A DNA stretch of 28,735 bases from a virus (IMGVR_UViG_3300020045_002247:1-28735), one strand, 5' to 3'. Shown: positions 7,172 to 17,872, counted from the stretch's first letter. Made by a program: numbers and translations. Notes: generated by a model not told the origin, from the sequence alone.

Positions 7172-9471
7172 GAACTGATTTTATAAAAACAAATCAATAT
7201 CAGACTAAGCTGACAGAGGAGCTTAGGAAGTCTTTGCATAAAGAAGTATGGCAAGATTTGATAGATTTCTTAGATTCTGTAAAGTTTATTAATTGGCTCA
7301 TACAGCCAGAAGAAATACGTGGATATGCAAAAGATAGACCAAGGCCAGTTGATGAAAATGGAAACTTTGCATATGAAGATAATAGAAAGTTAATTGACCT
7401 AACTAAACCACATATTCTTGAGAATATGGATTTCTTTAGAGAGCGAGCACTATACTTTGAGAAGCATGGTAGATATACACATTTAAGGCCAAATCCTAAT
7501 CCAAGGTCAGAATATGCTAAATTTTGGAAAGAAGAATTACATAGGTGGAAGTATGGCCTAGTTAGAGAAAGTGATGGAGAATGGATTCCTGGTGGATATT
7601 ATTTTTATTTAAACTATAGTCCAATCTGGCTAGTAGAAGAACAACGTGTTAATACTAAAACTAGATCAAGAGGAGTTCGTAAAAGAGCATTTGCTAAGGT
7701 ATGGCTAGGAGATTATTTATTCTTTCATTATATAGAGCAAGCCAGAAATGATGGAGCTCATGCTAAAATTTTAAAATGCCGCGGTGTTGGCTTTAGTTTT
7801 AAGTTAGCATCACTGTCTCCACGGAATATGTATGTAGAGCCAGGATTGCCAAATTTTCACTTAGCTTCTGACAAGACATTCTTAGATGGAGACAAGGGAG
7901 TATTTGGAAAAGTAATGGATAATTTAGACTGGATAGCAGAGAGTACTCCACTACCTAAAATGAGGCTTATTAATGGTATTAGATCTAGAGAGATTCAGCT
8001 TGGATTTCAAGATGACTATGGAGTTAAAAAGGGATTAAAATCATCTGTATATGGTATTTCATTAAAAGACAATCCCGAAAAAGCTCGTGGAATTAGAGGC
8101 CCATTAATACACTATGAGGAAGATGGATTGTTTCCGAATCTAGAAAAAGCATGGAATGTTAATAGAGATGCGGTTGAGCAAGGTACTGTTACTCATGGAG
8201 TTATGGTTTGCGGCGGCACAGGCGGAACTGTTGGGTCGAACTTTGAGGGGTCTGAAAAACTATTTAGGAATCCATTAGCATATAATATTCTTGGGATTCC
8301 TAATGTGTTTGATAAAAACTCTAATGGCGAGACTGTTTGTGGATTTTTTTGGGGATCATATATGAATAGAGAAAAATGCTATGATGAACTGACTGGAGAA
8401 CCAGACGTCATCAAGGCATTAATTGAAGTGTTACAAGAACGATTTGTAATTAAATATAATTCTTCAGATCCACAGGTTATAACTCAACGTATGGCTGAAA
8501 AATGTATAACTCCATCAGAGGCGGTTATGCGTGTTACTGGTACTATCTTTCCAGTTGCAGACTTAAAGGATTATAGAGATTCAATAAAATTACAAGGCCA
8601 GAGGTTCTTTGATACACATTATGTAGGAGATTTAATATCAACACATAATGGTATTGAGTGGAAACCAAGCAATGATGCTTATCCTATAAGGAGATTTCCT
8701 ACTGGTACTGATAAACCTGAAGGCGCAATAGAAATATTTGAAATGCCTAAAACTGACAGTAATGGTAAGATTGATCCAAATAGATACTGTTCTGGAATCG
8801 ATCCCTATGACGATGACCAATCACAAACAACGTCGCTAGGAAGTATCTTTATATTCGATTTATACACAGATAGGATTGTAGCAGAATATACTGGAAGGCC
8901 AAAGTTTGCTAATGATTTCTATGAAATATGTAGAAGGCTTTTAATATTTTACAATGCAAAATCCAACTATGAAAATCAAAAAAAAGGGATCTACTCATAT
9001 TTTGATCAAAAAAGATCACTTCATCTACTTTGTCATACTCCACAAATTTTGCGAGATATGGATTATGCAAAAGATGTCGGTTTTGGAAATAAAGCCCTCG
9101 GAACTGGAGCGTCAAAGGCAATTAATTCATGGGGAAGAATGCTTCAGAGGGATTGGTTATTATCACCAGCATTAATCCAAGATTTTGATGAGGATGGAAA
9201 TCAACTCGGTGAAAAACTTAATATGCATACAGTTAGAGGAATTGCTTATTTGGAAGAACTTATATCATGGAATATAGATATAAATACTGATAGGATTTCT
9301 GCTATGGGTATGTTAATGATATACAGAGAAGATCGATTAAAATACTTATCAAATAAGACTTCTGACGTAGAAACTGACGAAGTGGATAAATATATCGAAG
9401 AGAACTACAAGAACGCTTATGAGGGGCTAAATAGCTATAGTAAGTGGCAGGAGGATACTACGTGGGATTAA
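7159..9471 (+). CDS. terL: Terminase large subunit
   Basis: Walker A-like LKCRGVGFSFK, Walker B IHYEEDG, GGTGG coupling region, nuclease motifs GIDPYDDD and DRISAMG; 770 aa. Confidence 0.95.
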   Translation: MDEVGTDFIKTNQYQTKLTEELRKSLHKEVWQDLIDFLDSVKFINWLIQPEEIRGYAKDRPRPVDENGNFAYEDNRKLIDLTKPHILENMDFFRERALYFEKHGRYTHLRPNPNPRSEYAKFWKEELHRWKYGLVRESDGEWIPGGYYFYLNYSPIWLVEEQRVNTKTRSRGVRKRAFAKVWLGDYLFFHYIEQARNDGAHAKILKCRGVGFSFKLASLSPRNMYVEPGLPNFHLASDKTFLDGDKGVFGKVMDNLDWIAESTPLPKMRLINGIRSREIQLGFQDDYGVKKGLKSSVYGISLKDNPEKARGIRGPLIHYEEDGLFPNLEKAWNVNRDAVEQGTVTHGVMVCGGTGGTVGSNFEGSEKLFRNPLAYNILGIPNVFDKNSNGETVCGFFWGSYMNREKCYDELTGEPDVIKALIEVLQERFVIKYNSSDPQVITQRMAEKCITPSEAVMRVTGTIFPVADLKDYRDSIKLQGQRFFDTHYVGDLISTHNGIEWKPSNDAYPIRRFPTGTDKPEGAIEIFEMPKTDSNGKIDPNRYCSGIDPYDDDQSQTTSLGSIFIFDLYTDRIVAEYTGRPKFANDFYEICRRLLIFYNAKSNYENQKKGIYSYFDQKRSLHLLCHTPQILRDMDYAKDVGFGNKALGTGASKAINSWGRMLQRDWLLSPALIQDFDEDGNQLGEKLNMHTVRGIAYLEELISWNIDINTDRISAMGMLMIYREDRLKYLSNKTSDVETDEVDKYIEENYKNAYEGLNSYSKWQEDTTWD

Positions 9472-9518
9472 TCCCCAAAAACAATTGTGTAAATTTGTAA
9501 ACTTATAGAAATATAAAT

Positions 9519-11897
9519 ATGTCAGCAATTCAAACGTCAGGATTTCCTAGACAAAAATTACCATCTTCTAAGAAGGGCAAAGATTGGCGACAGGCCCATC
9601 TAGACTGGGCAGATAAGAATAGTTATCTCTTTAATAATAGCGTGCGTAGATCTCTGCGTGGCAAGAAGATTAACTATGACTTATTCAATGGAATACTCCA
9701 CGAAGAAGACATGAAAAAAACTCTTAACCCACAGAATAAACGCGTTGGGTTAATACCTAGAGATATTCAGCATTATTCAATAATTAACAATCCATTAAAT
9801 GTTCTAATTGGCGAAGAGTCAAGGCGTAAGCATGATTACATTGTTAAAGTTTGTAATGATGACGCTGTATCTTCTATTGAGCGCGCTAAAGTTGAAGAAG
9901 CTCAGCAGAGAATAACAGAAGTAATTACCAATGAGTCTATCTCAGAGGAAGTTGCAAAAAAAGAGATTGAAAATATTCAGCAATACTTTAATTACAGATG
10001 GCAGGATCTTCGAGAGAAGCGTGCCAATTGGTTGTTGAAGCATTATATGAAAGAGAACTTCTTTGATTTCAAAATGAATCAAGGGTTTAAAGATGTCTTA
10101 ATTGCTTCTGAGGAGATATATCAACTAGATATACGTAGTAATGAGCCAACTTTTGATGTGTTAAATCCAAGGAAAGTCTATACATTAAGAAGCGGATATT
10201 CATCTAAGATAGAAGATTCTGACATTATTATACTTGATGATTATTGGTCGCCTGGTAAGATTTTGGATATATATTATAATGACCTGAAAGATAAGGATGT
10301 AGAATATATCGAGAGTATCAGCAACGCTAATCTTATCCAAACTGATGAAATGGGCAATATAGAAGAGCGTAATGCATTCTTATATTCTCCATTAATCACA
10401 GAGGATAATTTAGAGAACTCAGTTGACTCATTTGTATGGATGGGCAACAACTTCGCAGGGTTACCAAATTCATCTTACGTAGATAACATGGGTAATGTGC
10501 GCGTGCTGCGTGTATACTGGAGATCTAAGAGACGTATTAAAAAGATTAAATCATTTGATCCACAAACAGGTGAAGAGTTATCTTCATTTAAGGATGAAAC
10601 ATATAGAATAAATCCATTCTTAGGTGAAGAATCTGAAGACCTATGGGTTAATGAAATTTGGGAAGGTACTAAAATTGGTAAAGATGTATATGTCAATATG
10701 CGTCCACGTCCCATTCAATATCTTCGCATGAATAATGTATCGGAGTGTCATGCTGGTATTATTGGTCAAGTATATAATACAAACCAAGCCAAGCCAGTAT
10801 CACTACTTGATAGGATGAAGCCTTATCAGTATATGTTTGATGCCGTTAAGGATAGACTTAATAAGACCATTGCAAAGAACTATGGAAAAATTCTTGAACT
10901 AGACAAGGCTAGAATGCCTGCTGGTTGGGATTATCAAAAATGGCTATACTTTATTGAGCAGGATAATATATCAGTTGTAGATAGCTTTAAGGAAGGAACT
11001 AAGGGTGTTGCCACTGGCAAGCTTGCAGGAAACTTTAACACAACTGGACGACCACTAGATCTAGAGGTTGGAAATTCAATACAGTTATATATTAATTTGC
11101 TGGACTATCTCAAAGAAGAAATGTATGAGATATCTGGCGTATCCAAACAACGTCAAGGACAGGTTGAGAACCGCGAGACAGTTGGTGGTGTAGAGCGTGC
11201 CATTTCATCATCAGCAAACGTCACTGAAGAGCTTTTTGTTATACATGACAATGTACGCAAGCGTTGTTTACAGGCTATGCTAGAAACGGCTAAAATTGCC
11301 CTAAAAGGACGCAATAAGAAAATACAATATATTACTGATGATAAAGTAATGGCAATGCTTGATATTGATGGTGATGAATTTTCTGAAATGGATTATGACA
11401 TCATGATTGATAATGACATGGGCGATAGAGAACTTAAGCAAAAACTTGAAGGGTTAGCACAAGCTGGTATTCAAAATCAAATGCTGTCATTTTCTACTGT
11501 AATGAAGATCTTTACAGATCCATCTTTATCATCAATTATGCGTCGTATTGAAAACGATGAAATTAACATGCAACAAAATAAACAGGCTGAGCAAGAAAAT
11601 CAAGGAAAACAAATGCAGGCTCAGATAGAATCTAATGAAAGAGTTGCTCAATTACAAAGAGATTTAGAAAATCTTAAGAATGTAAGAGATAATGAAACCA
11701 AGGTTCAAATTGCACTTATAGGAAAAGAGGGAGATTATACAGAAGAAGATGCTTCTGACATTGAGAAAATTAAATTACAACGAGACAAGCTTGAGCAGGA
11801 TTATAAGTTGAAAATGAAGGACTTAGAAGAAAAATCAAGACACAATATTGCAAGCGAATCAATAGCTAAAAACAAACCGCAAACATCTAAAAAATAA
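9519..11897 (+). CDS. Portal protein, crAss type
   Basis: Follows TerL; FPRQKLP start, SLLDRMKPYQY, SGVSKQRQGQVENRETVGGVERA; Q/E-rich coiled-coil tail. Confidence 0.92.
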   Translation: MSAIQTSGFPRQKLPSSKKGKDWRQAHLDWADKNSYLFNNSVRRSLRGKKINYDLFNGILHEEDMKKTLNPQNKRVGLIPRDIQHYSIINNPLNVLIGEESRRKHDYIVKVCNDDAVSSIERAKVEEAQQRITEVITNESISEEVAKKEIENIQQYFNYRWQDLREKRANWLLKHYMKENFFDFKMNQGFKDVLIASEEIYQLDIRSNEPTFDVLNPRKVYTLRSGYSSKIEDSDIIILDDYWSPGKILDIYYNDLKDKDVEYIESISNANLIQTDEMGNIEERNAFLYSPLITEDNLENSVDSFVWMGNNFAGLPNSSYVDNMGNVRVLRVYWRSKRRIKKIKSFDPQTGEELSSFKDETYRINPFLGEESEDLWVNEIWEGTKIGKDVYVNMRPRPIQYLRMNNVSECHAGIIGQVYNTNQAKPVSLLDRMKPYQYMFDAVKDRLNKTIAKNYGKILELDKARMPAGWDYQKWLYFIEQDNISVVDSFKEGTKGVATGKLAGNFNTTGRPLDLEVGNSIQLYINLLDYLKEEMYEISGVSKQRQGQVENRETVGGVERAISSSANVTEELFVIHDNVRKRCLQAMLETAKIALKGRNKKIQYITDDKVMAMLDIDGDEFSEMDYDIMIDNDMGDRELKQKLEGLAQAGIQNQMLSFSTVMKIFTDPSLSSIMRRIENDEINMQQNKQAEQENQGKQMQAQIESNERVAQLQRDLENLKNVRDNETKVQIALIGKEGDYTEEDASDIEKIKLQRDKLEQDYKLKMKDLEEKSRHNIASESIAKNKPQTSKK

Positions 11898-11902
11898 ATA
11901 TT

Positions 11903-12181
11903 ATGGCAAGTGAATTATCATCATTAGTTGCAAGGTTATTAAAACAAGATACTGGAGTTGAAACTGGATGTCAGGATGCAGTATTATCAGATACCATTGA
12001 TTTGGTTAATCCTGGTTATTTTGAACCAAGATTAATTGGTGGAAATATAAAATATACAGACTTTCATGGTAATGTTGGAACGTTAGTATTTGATGCAAAA
12101 GAACTGTCAAGGTTTAAGGCTAAAAGAATATGGTTAACAGGAACCACTGCTGACATGGGTATTAAAATTTATTATAAATAA
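11903..12181 (+). CDS. Putative head-spike base protein (RcGTA Rcc01079-like)
   Basis: 92 aa with SDTIDL...GGNIKY...KRIWLTGTTA..GI, like the SDxxDL...RVxATGTTAxGI pattern I recall for that family. Confidence 0.6.
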   Translation: MASELSSLVARLLKQDTGVETGCQDAVLSDTIDLVNPGYFEPRLIGGNIKYTDFHGNVGTLVFDAKELSRFKAKRIWLTGTTADMGIKIYYK

Positions 12182-12324
12182 TGAATAATTCACTAACACT
12201 TGCAATACAAGGAAGGGTTCGACTTGGGGCAAATACGCCCATTCCACCCGATCCGGTAGGAACACCTGATTTTGATACGGTAGATTTTGATGATTTAGAT
12301 TTTAATACAGGAGTAACACCATAA
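12181..12324 (+). CDS. 47-aa adaptor-like peptide with DF repeat (not in ORF track)
   Basis: MNNSLTLAIQGRVRLGANTPIPPDPVGTPDFDTVDFDDLDFNTGVTP*; TAATG overlap with the previous gene, 11 nt to the next. Confidence 0.75.
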   Translation: MNNSLTLAIQGRVRLGANTPIPPDPVGTPDFDTVDFDDLDFNTGVTP

Positions 12325-12335
12325 AAATAAATAAA

Positions 12336-13118
12336 ATGAAAAGGATTTTAATTGTATTGGCAATCACATTGCTAATTTTTTCAACGAATAGTTTTGCCCA
12401 AAGAGAAACAGTGTTAAGTACAATTGATGTTAATTTACCAAGTTCGAGCAAGCTGACGGCTGCTCAACTTAGAACGGCATTAAAGTCTATCACTAATTCG
12501 GCATTTGATGGATTAGACACAAAAATAACTACTACCGCCGCTAATGCAACGTATTTTGTAAAGACAGATACAACATCGCTTACATCGATAGTTTACACGA
12601 AATCTGAGGTTGATGCTCTTATTGTTAGTCGTGCGAAGGAATTAGGTATTCCACGTCAGATATTTCCAGCCCTTACCGACACATACGCATTTCCATATTC
12701 AAAAACAGGAGATTTAAATGAAACTACCGTTTTGACGTTTACTATTCCTGCCAGTTCGATTGGTATAAATGGACATTTTGAGATGTTCATGGAGGCGGAT
12801 TGGGTCGGTGCTGGTGGGTCTAAAGTGATTAGGGTGAAATTTGGAAGTACGGTTGTAGCAAACATTTACAGTGTAGCAGGAACTTCTGGAGCAAGAAATA
12901 TACACGTATTTTCAAATCGTAGTTCTCATACTTCACACGTATGGGCAAATGTTTCAAGTGATCCTAGTTCGGGGGCAATTACAACCGCAGGAGCAATTGA
13001 TTTTACGACGAATACTGGAATAAATACAGCATCGGACATTACATGCACGGTTACGATGCAGCTTGGCAATGCTGCCGATGTGCTGAGATTGCAAACGTTT
13101 TACTTGAAAGCATACTAA
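12336..13118 (+). CDS. Signal-peptide-bearing fibre-like protein
   Basis: MKRILIVLAITLLIFSTNSFA|Q; helical segment, fibre motif YTKSEVDAL, beta-sandwich-like C-terminus. Confidence 0.75.
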   Translation: MKRILIVLAITLLIFSTNSFAQRETVLSTIDVNLPSSSKLTAAQLRTALKSITNSAFDGLDTKITTTAANATYFVKTDTTSLTSIVYTKSEVDALIVSRAKELGIPRQIFPALTDTYAFPYSKTGDLNETTVLTFTIPASSIGINGHFEMFMEADWVGAGGSKVIRVKFGSTVVANIYSVAGTSGARNIHVFSNRSSHTSHVWANVSSDPSSGAITTAGAIDFTTNTGINTASDITCTVTMQLGNAADVLRLQTFYLKAY

Positions 13119-13119
13119 A

Positions 13120-15096
13120 ATGAAAAGGACACTTTTATTTCTGGCTTTACTTTACAGTTTAGTAGCCAATTCTGCTATTCATTATGTCGCTGCAACTGGT
13201 GGCACGTTTACAACATTAGCAGAAGTTAATGCACATACATTCGTTGCAGGAGATCAGATTTTATTTAATAGGGGAGAAACATTCTACGGTTCGCTTACTA
13301 TTTCACAATCTGGGACGTCGGGTAATCCAATTATTATCGGTGCATATGGTACAGGGGTAAATCCTATTATTACTGGATTCACAACGGTAACCGCATGGAC
13401 TAATCAAGGTAGTAATATTTGGGAAAGTACAAGTTCAGTATCAACTTTGTCAACCTGTAATTTGGTTGCTGCAAATGATGTAAATACGGCTATGGGAAGA
13501 TACCCTAATGCCGATGCCACTAATGGAGGTTATTTTACCTTTCAGTCACACTCTGGACTTACATCTGTAACAACAAGCAGTCTTACAGGAACTCCTAATT
13601 GGACAGGTGCAGAAATCAGGGTTAGGTGTTCGGCTTGGTCGTTTGGAAAATCGGTTGTTACAAGTCAGAGCGGTGGAACATTGAATTTTTCAGCACTTGA
13701 TTCTTATGAACCACAGGACGGATTCGGGTTTTTCCTTCAGAATGATTTGAGAACGTTAGATCAAGCAGGTGAATGGTACTACAATCCTTCAACAAAGAAG
13801 TTAAGCATTTACGCTACATCGCAACCCACAAACGTTAAGGTTGCTTCTATCGAGAATCTTTTGACTATTAACGGCGATTATGTGAATGTTTCAAATGTCA
13901 CTCTTTCGGGTGCAAATAGCTATGTTCTTTACAATGCTTCAAGTACAGTAGATCATATAACCATTTCTAACTGTTCAATTTTAAATTCAGGAAATGCAAC
14001 CATTCAGTTTCGATGTGCCTTCCTTGATGTTCAAAACAATGAAATCGCTTATGCAAATAATAAAGGTGTTGGAATAGATAATTGCAGCAACGTAACTTTC
14101 AAAGGAAATAATGTTCACGACATATCTAAGTTTGCCGGAATGGGTAAATCTGGCAATGGGGCATTTTCAGGAATGAATGGGTATTATCAATCGAATGTAC
14201 TGATTGAAGGAAATACATTTACTAACCTAGGTATGGCTGGTATTGAAGCGTATGGCGATAACATCACAATTAAGAATAATCTTGTTAATACGTTTGCTTT
14301 TGTGCTTGATGATACATCTGGAATATACACATTTGTCGGGGGTGGTACTCCTTTTACGATGGTTAGAATAGAAGGCAATATTGTATTAAATGCTGTTGGC
14401 GCACTGTATGGAACTAACTATTCTACATCATCTGCAAATGGGATTTATCTTGATGATAATTCAAACAATGTAGAAGTCTTGAATAATACAGTTTCAGGGT
14501 GTGCTGCTTATGGTATTTATCTCCACAATACAAATCATGTAAATGTTCACCACAACACGGTATATGACAATAAAACTCAATTGCTTATCAATGACAATTC
14601 CACTGGTGGCGTTGTTGAGCTCAATACAATAAAACACAATAATTTTATCTCAAAAACAGCAGCACAATTGGTTGCGTATATAACATCAAACGATAATAAT
14701 ATTACGTCTTTTGCGGTACTTGACAGCAATTATTACGCTCGTCCTATACAGGATGATTATACATTTACTATTAATCAGCCATCGACAGGAGTCTCAGCCA
14801 AAACACTTGCAGAGTGGAAAACATTTTCAAGTCAGGACTCGCATTCGTTAAAATCTCCTTTTTCGGTTGCATTGACTACGGATTTAAGATTAGATTACAA
14901 CGCAACGGCAACTGTTAGTGATCCGATTTCTTTGGGTGAAAATTACAGGAATTTGGATAATGCAGATTTAACAACAGTAACGCTTCAGCCTTACTCATCA
15001 ATATTTTTAATGAAACACGCTGCAAGAGTGACCAGAAAGCCAATTACTACGACGGAAAAGTTAGTTGTGTATCACAAAAAATCGCTGATGTATTGA
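13120..15096 (+). CDS. Signal-peptide-bearing parallel beta-helix protein, candidate polysaccharide depolymerase
   Basis: MKRTLLFLALLYSLVANSA; GDQILFNRGETFYG, GAYGTGVNPIITG, GEWYYNP, Asn-rich repeats, GIYLDDNSNNV. Confidence 0.85.
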   Translation: MKRTLLFLALLYSLVANSAIHYVAATGGTFTTLAEVNAHTFVAGDQILFNRGETFYGSLTISQSGTSGNPIIIGAYGTGVNPIITGFTTVTAWTNQGSNIWESTSSVSTLSTCNLVAANDVNTAMGRYPNADATNGGYFTFQSHSGLTSVTTSSLTGTPNWTGAEIRVRCSAWSFGKSVVTSQSGGTLNFSALDSYEPQDGFGFFLQNDLRTLDQAGEWYYNPSTKKLSIYATSQPTNVKVASIENLLTINGDYVNVSNVTLSGANSYVLYNASSTVDHITISNCSILNSGNATIQFRCAFLDVQNNEIAYANNKGVGIDNCSNVTFKGNNVHDISKFAGMGKSGNGAFSGMNGYYQSNVLIEGNTFTNLGMAGIEAYGDNITIKNNLVNTFAFVLDDTSGIYTFVGGGTPFTMVRIEGNIVLNAVGALYGTNYSTSSANGIYLDDNSNNVEVLNNTVSGCAAYGIYLHNTNHVNVHHNTVYDNKTQLLINDNSTGGVVELNTIKHNNFISKTAAQLVAYITSNDNNITSFAVLDSNYYARPIQDDYTFTINQPSTGVSAKTLAEWKTFSSQDSHSLKSPFSVALTTDLRLDYNATATVSDPISLGENYRNLDNADLTTVTLQPYSSIFLMKHAARVTRKPITTTEKLVVYHKKSLMY

Positions 15097-15141
15097 GCCT
15101 TTGGACTATTTGAACCAAAATATAAATAATAATAAATAACG

Positions 15142-15576
15142 ATGAGTGAGGATTCCATTAAAACAGCAGAAGAGCAACTGCACGCTCTGATAAATGAGAG
15201 TAATCTCGTTTTGACAAAGATGAAGGGTGAAAGTACGCTAATCTTTTCTAAATTACGAAAACTAATTAACGTCTTAATAACTGTTGGCGCAGGTATATTT
15301 ATTACATTTCTATTTTCATTTGTAGACACTAGGTCTAGAATAGCAACTCTTGAATCTGAAAAAGTTACTACGGTTGAAATGAACAGTAAACTTGAAAGCT
15401 ATGCATCTAAATCTAGTGTTATATTTCTACAAAATGATGTTTATGATATGAATAAAATGTTTTTTTCATACAGGCCAAATGTAGAAGAGCAGAAGATGGA
15501 ATTAACTTATACTAGCGCATTAAAACAATTTAATGGCGACGTTAGTCGTGGTACTGAAAAAATTATAAATAAATAA
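15142..15576 (+). CDS. Single-pass membrane protein with coiled coil
   Basis: Hydrophobic LINVLITVGAGIFITFLFSFV followed by RIATLESEK. Confidence 0.7.
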   Translation: MSEDSIKTAEEQLHALINESNLVLTKMKGESTLIFSKLRKLINVLITVGAGIFITFLFSFVDTRSRIATLESEKVTTVEMNSKLESYASKSSVIFLQNDVYDMNKMFFSYRPNVEEQKMELTYTSALKQFNGDVSRGTEKIINK

Positions 15577-15580
15577 ATAT

Positions 15581-16108
15581 ATGGCAGCAATCGCAATATT
15601 CGCTACTTCTAATAGTAAGCAAACTGGAGTAGAACTCACTGATCTAACAGACTGGACTGCATTGGGAGTCCCAAGAAGTGTTTTGACTTCAATCTCAGTA
15701 GAGTTATATGGAACATCTTTAGTTACACCAGTATCTACATATGCATTAACAGCTCCAGAATTAGCCACATATGTTGCAGATGGATTTTTAGAGATCTTAT
15801 TTACGACTCTTGCTGGATCTATAGCTATTAACGATGGTTGGTGGACTGTTCGTATGATCGCTAACTCTAATGCATATATAAGCAACTACAGTGGATTTGG
15901 AATATACTCTGACATAACCTATGGAGTATGGAGTTTAATCAACTCAGTACATACCCCACAAGAAGTAAAATATGACGCCGAAAGGATAGTTATACCAGCA
16001 ATATTTCTTAAGGGTATTGGGTATCTTGATACTACAAATGTCAATTCTAGAGACGTTAAGTTTCAAAAAAGATTACTATCTTTGCAGAAGATGCTATTAA
16101 ATATTTAA
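15581..16108 (+). CDS. Hypothetical protein, probably structural
   Basis: 175-aa ORF, beta-rich N-half, in tightly packed operon. Confidence 0.7.
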   Translation: MAAIAIFATSNSKQTGVELTDLTDWTALGVPRSVLTSISVELYGTSLVTPVSTYALTAPELATYVADGFLEILFTTLAGSIAINDGWWTVRMIANSNAYISNYSGFGIYSDITYGVWSLINSVHTPQEVKYDAERIVIPAIFLKGIGYLDTTNVNSRDVKFQKRLLSLQKMLLNI

Positions 16109-16109
16109 G

Positions 16110-16724
16110 ATGATAACTCAAGAAACTATAAATTCTGAATTAGATTTAGCTAAGAGGATATACATATATTACTTAGATAAATTATCCACTTACTTAGCAA
16201 TAGGTAGTGGATCATATGTTAATTGGTATAAAGATTTATGTACTCTTTATTATCTTACAGAGCAGCTTCAAAATGTATATATATCTGATAATGTTACTTA
16301 CATTGCAGAAGTTGAAATTGACGAGGATGACTTTGCTATGATAACTAGAAGTATAAGAGAATATATTACTTACGATATTAGAGATATTGTTTATGCAGAG
16401 CTTGACAACACTGGTAAGGTTAAAGACTATTTAAGTCCATCAGTACCTCCTATTATTGTTACATATCAATCAGGATCAACTGCAATTCAATATATATCTC
16501 TATTGATAGAAACTGATGGGGTTACAGAGTTGACATTACCATTTAATATTGCAGATGTTAATCCTAATTCAATAACAGGAACTGTTAATGACAATGACCC
16601 AATGTATATTGTTTCTCCAGTAGAAGAGGGATTTCATATTATTGGGAATACATTATTCTGGCATACATATTATGAATTAAAAATTGGAGATATTCTTAGA
16701 ATTGAATATGTTCTTACAGCATAA
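16110..16724 (+). CDS. Hypothetical protein, probably structural
   Basis: 204 aa; C-terminal GNTLFW...LKIGDILRIEY resembles small beta domains in phage baseplate/fibre proteins. Confidence 0.7.
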   Translation: MITQETINSELDLAKRIYIYYLDKLSTYLAIGSGSYVNWYKDLCTLYYLTEQLQNVYISDNVTYIAEVEIDEDDFAMITRSIREYITYDIRDIVYAELDNTGKVKDYLSPSVPPIIVTYQSGSTAIQYISLLIETDGVTELTLPFNIADVNPNSITGTVNDNDPMYIVSPVEEGFHIIGNTLFWHTYYELKIGDILRIEYVLTA

Positions 16725-16726
16725 TT

Positions 16727-17872
16727 ATGGAATTTAGAACAATACGCCAAACTTCACATATAGATGGAATCAACAGAAATCCTGGAGCTGATGAACACGA
16801 TAAGTCATTAGTTTGGGATAATACTGTAAGCAAATTTAAATACGTTTCATTTACAGCATCACTAGCAAATAGTAAAACAAATGCTGGATATGTTGCTAAA
16901 GGAGATGATGCATCTCTTGGTGGGTATATATGGAAGTTAGATTCAACTAAAAATCCAGCATGGAGAAAGGAAGATTTCTTAGTTTCAGCAACTAGGGTTG
17001 GTAATTCTGCTGTATTTACAATGAATGATAGCGCTACTAAAACATTAGCATTTGGAGCGCTCGCATGGCTTGATAATACTACTGGCTCTGTAGACAGTGT
17101 TTTTGGGCGTTTTGGAGCAGTTATAGCACAAAGTGGGGATTATACCGCAGCACAGGTAACAAATGCATTTAACAAGCCCGTAGACACCTTAGATGCGATA
17201 TTAGAAGGAATAACTAATAAACATTTTACAACAGTATATAAAACTAAGGTTGATGACGCTTATGCAGCTATGCATACTCATTTAAATAAACCAGTCTTAG
17301 ATTCAATAACAGATGCTGGTGGTGGCATTATTCCTTCTGCTGCTCAAATATCAGATTGGGACACTTATGGGCCAAATGATGAGCAGAACGTAATGGATAC
17401 CGTTGATGCATTTATTCAAGACAATACTGGGATAACATGGGTCTATGATGATCTGTTAAATACTCTTACTCCAACTGTAGACCTTGGAGCATTCACTACT
17501 GATGATTTGCCAGAGAGTGCAACTAAAAAATATTATACAGCATTAAATAAGACAGTTGAATCAATAACATTACCTTCGAATACTACTGTTGCTGGTAGGT
17601 GTTCTAGTGCTATTAGTGGAGTAGATTATCCAACTGGATGGACTTTAACTCCCGCAACAAGTGAATATGACCTATTAATAACACACTCTCTTGGAAGAAA
17701 GATAACTGATATTACAGTATATTCAATAGATGGTTCTGATAATGAAAGAATATTACCTCCATTTAGTTCTGCATATACTGGAGTTTATGTTCCATCAGAT
17801 GGCAATAGCATAGTAGTTGAAGGATTATCAACAAAAGAAACTAGACTTAGAGTAAATATAGTATTTGTATGA
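16727..17872 (+). CDS. Tail-fibre-like protein without signal peptide
   Basis: VDSVFGRFGAVIAQSGDY, LDAILEGITNKHFT / TDDLPESATKKYYT, HTHLNKPVLDSI, ITHSLGR fibre motifs. Confidence 0.75.
   Translation: MEFRTIRQTSHIDGINRNPGADEHDKSLVWDNTVSKFKYVSFTASLANSKTNAGYVAKGDDASLGGYIWKLDSTKNPAWRKEDFLVSATRVGNSAVFTMNDSATKTLAFGALAWLDNTTGSVDSVFGRFGAVIAQSGDYTAAQVTNAFNKPVDTLDAILEGITNKHFTTVYKTKVDDAYAAMHTHLNKPVLDSITDAGGGIIPSAAQISDWDTYGPNDEQNVMDTVDAFIQDNTGITWVYDDLLNTLTPTVDLGAFTTDDLPESATKKYYTALNKTVESITLPSNTTVAGRCSSAISGVDYPTGWTLTPATSEYDLLITHSLGRKITDITVYSIDGSDNERILPPFSSAYTGVYVPSDGNSIVVEGLSTKETRLRVNIVFV

Noticed and set aside
7159-11897. Introns or inteins in TerL or portal
   Set aside because: Continuous ORFs of plausible length with no intein termini or homing endonuclease motifs.
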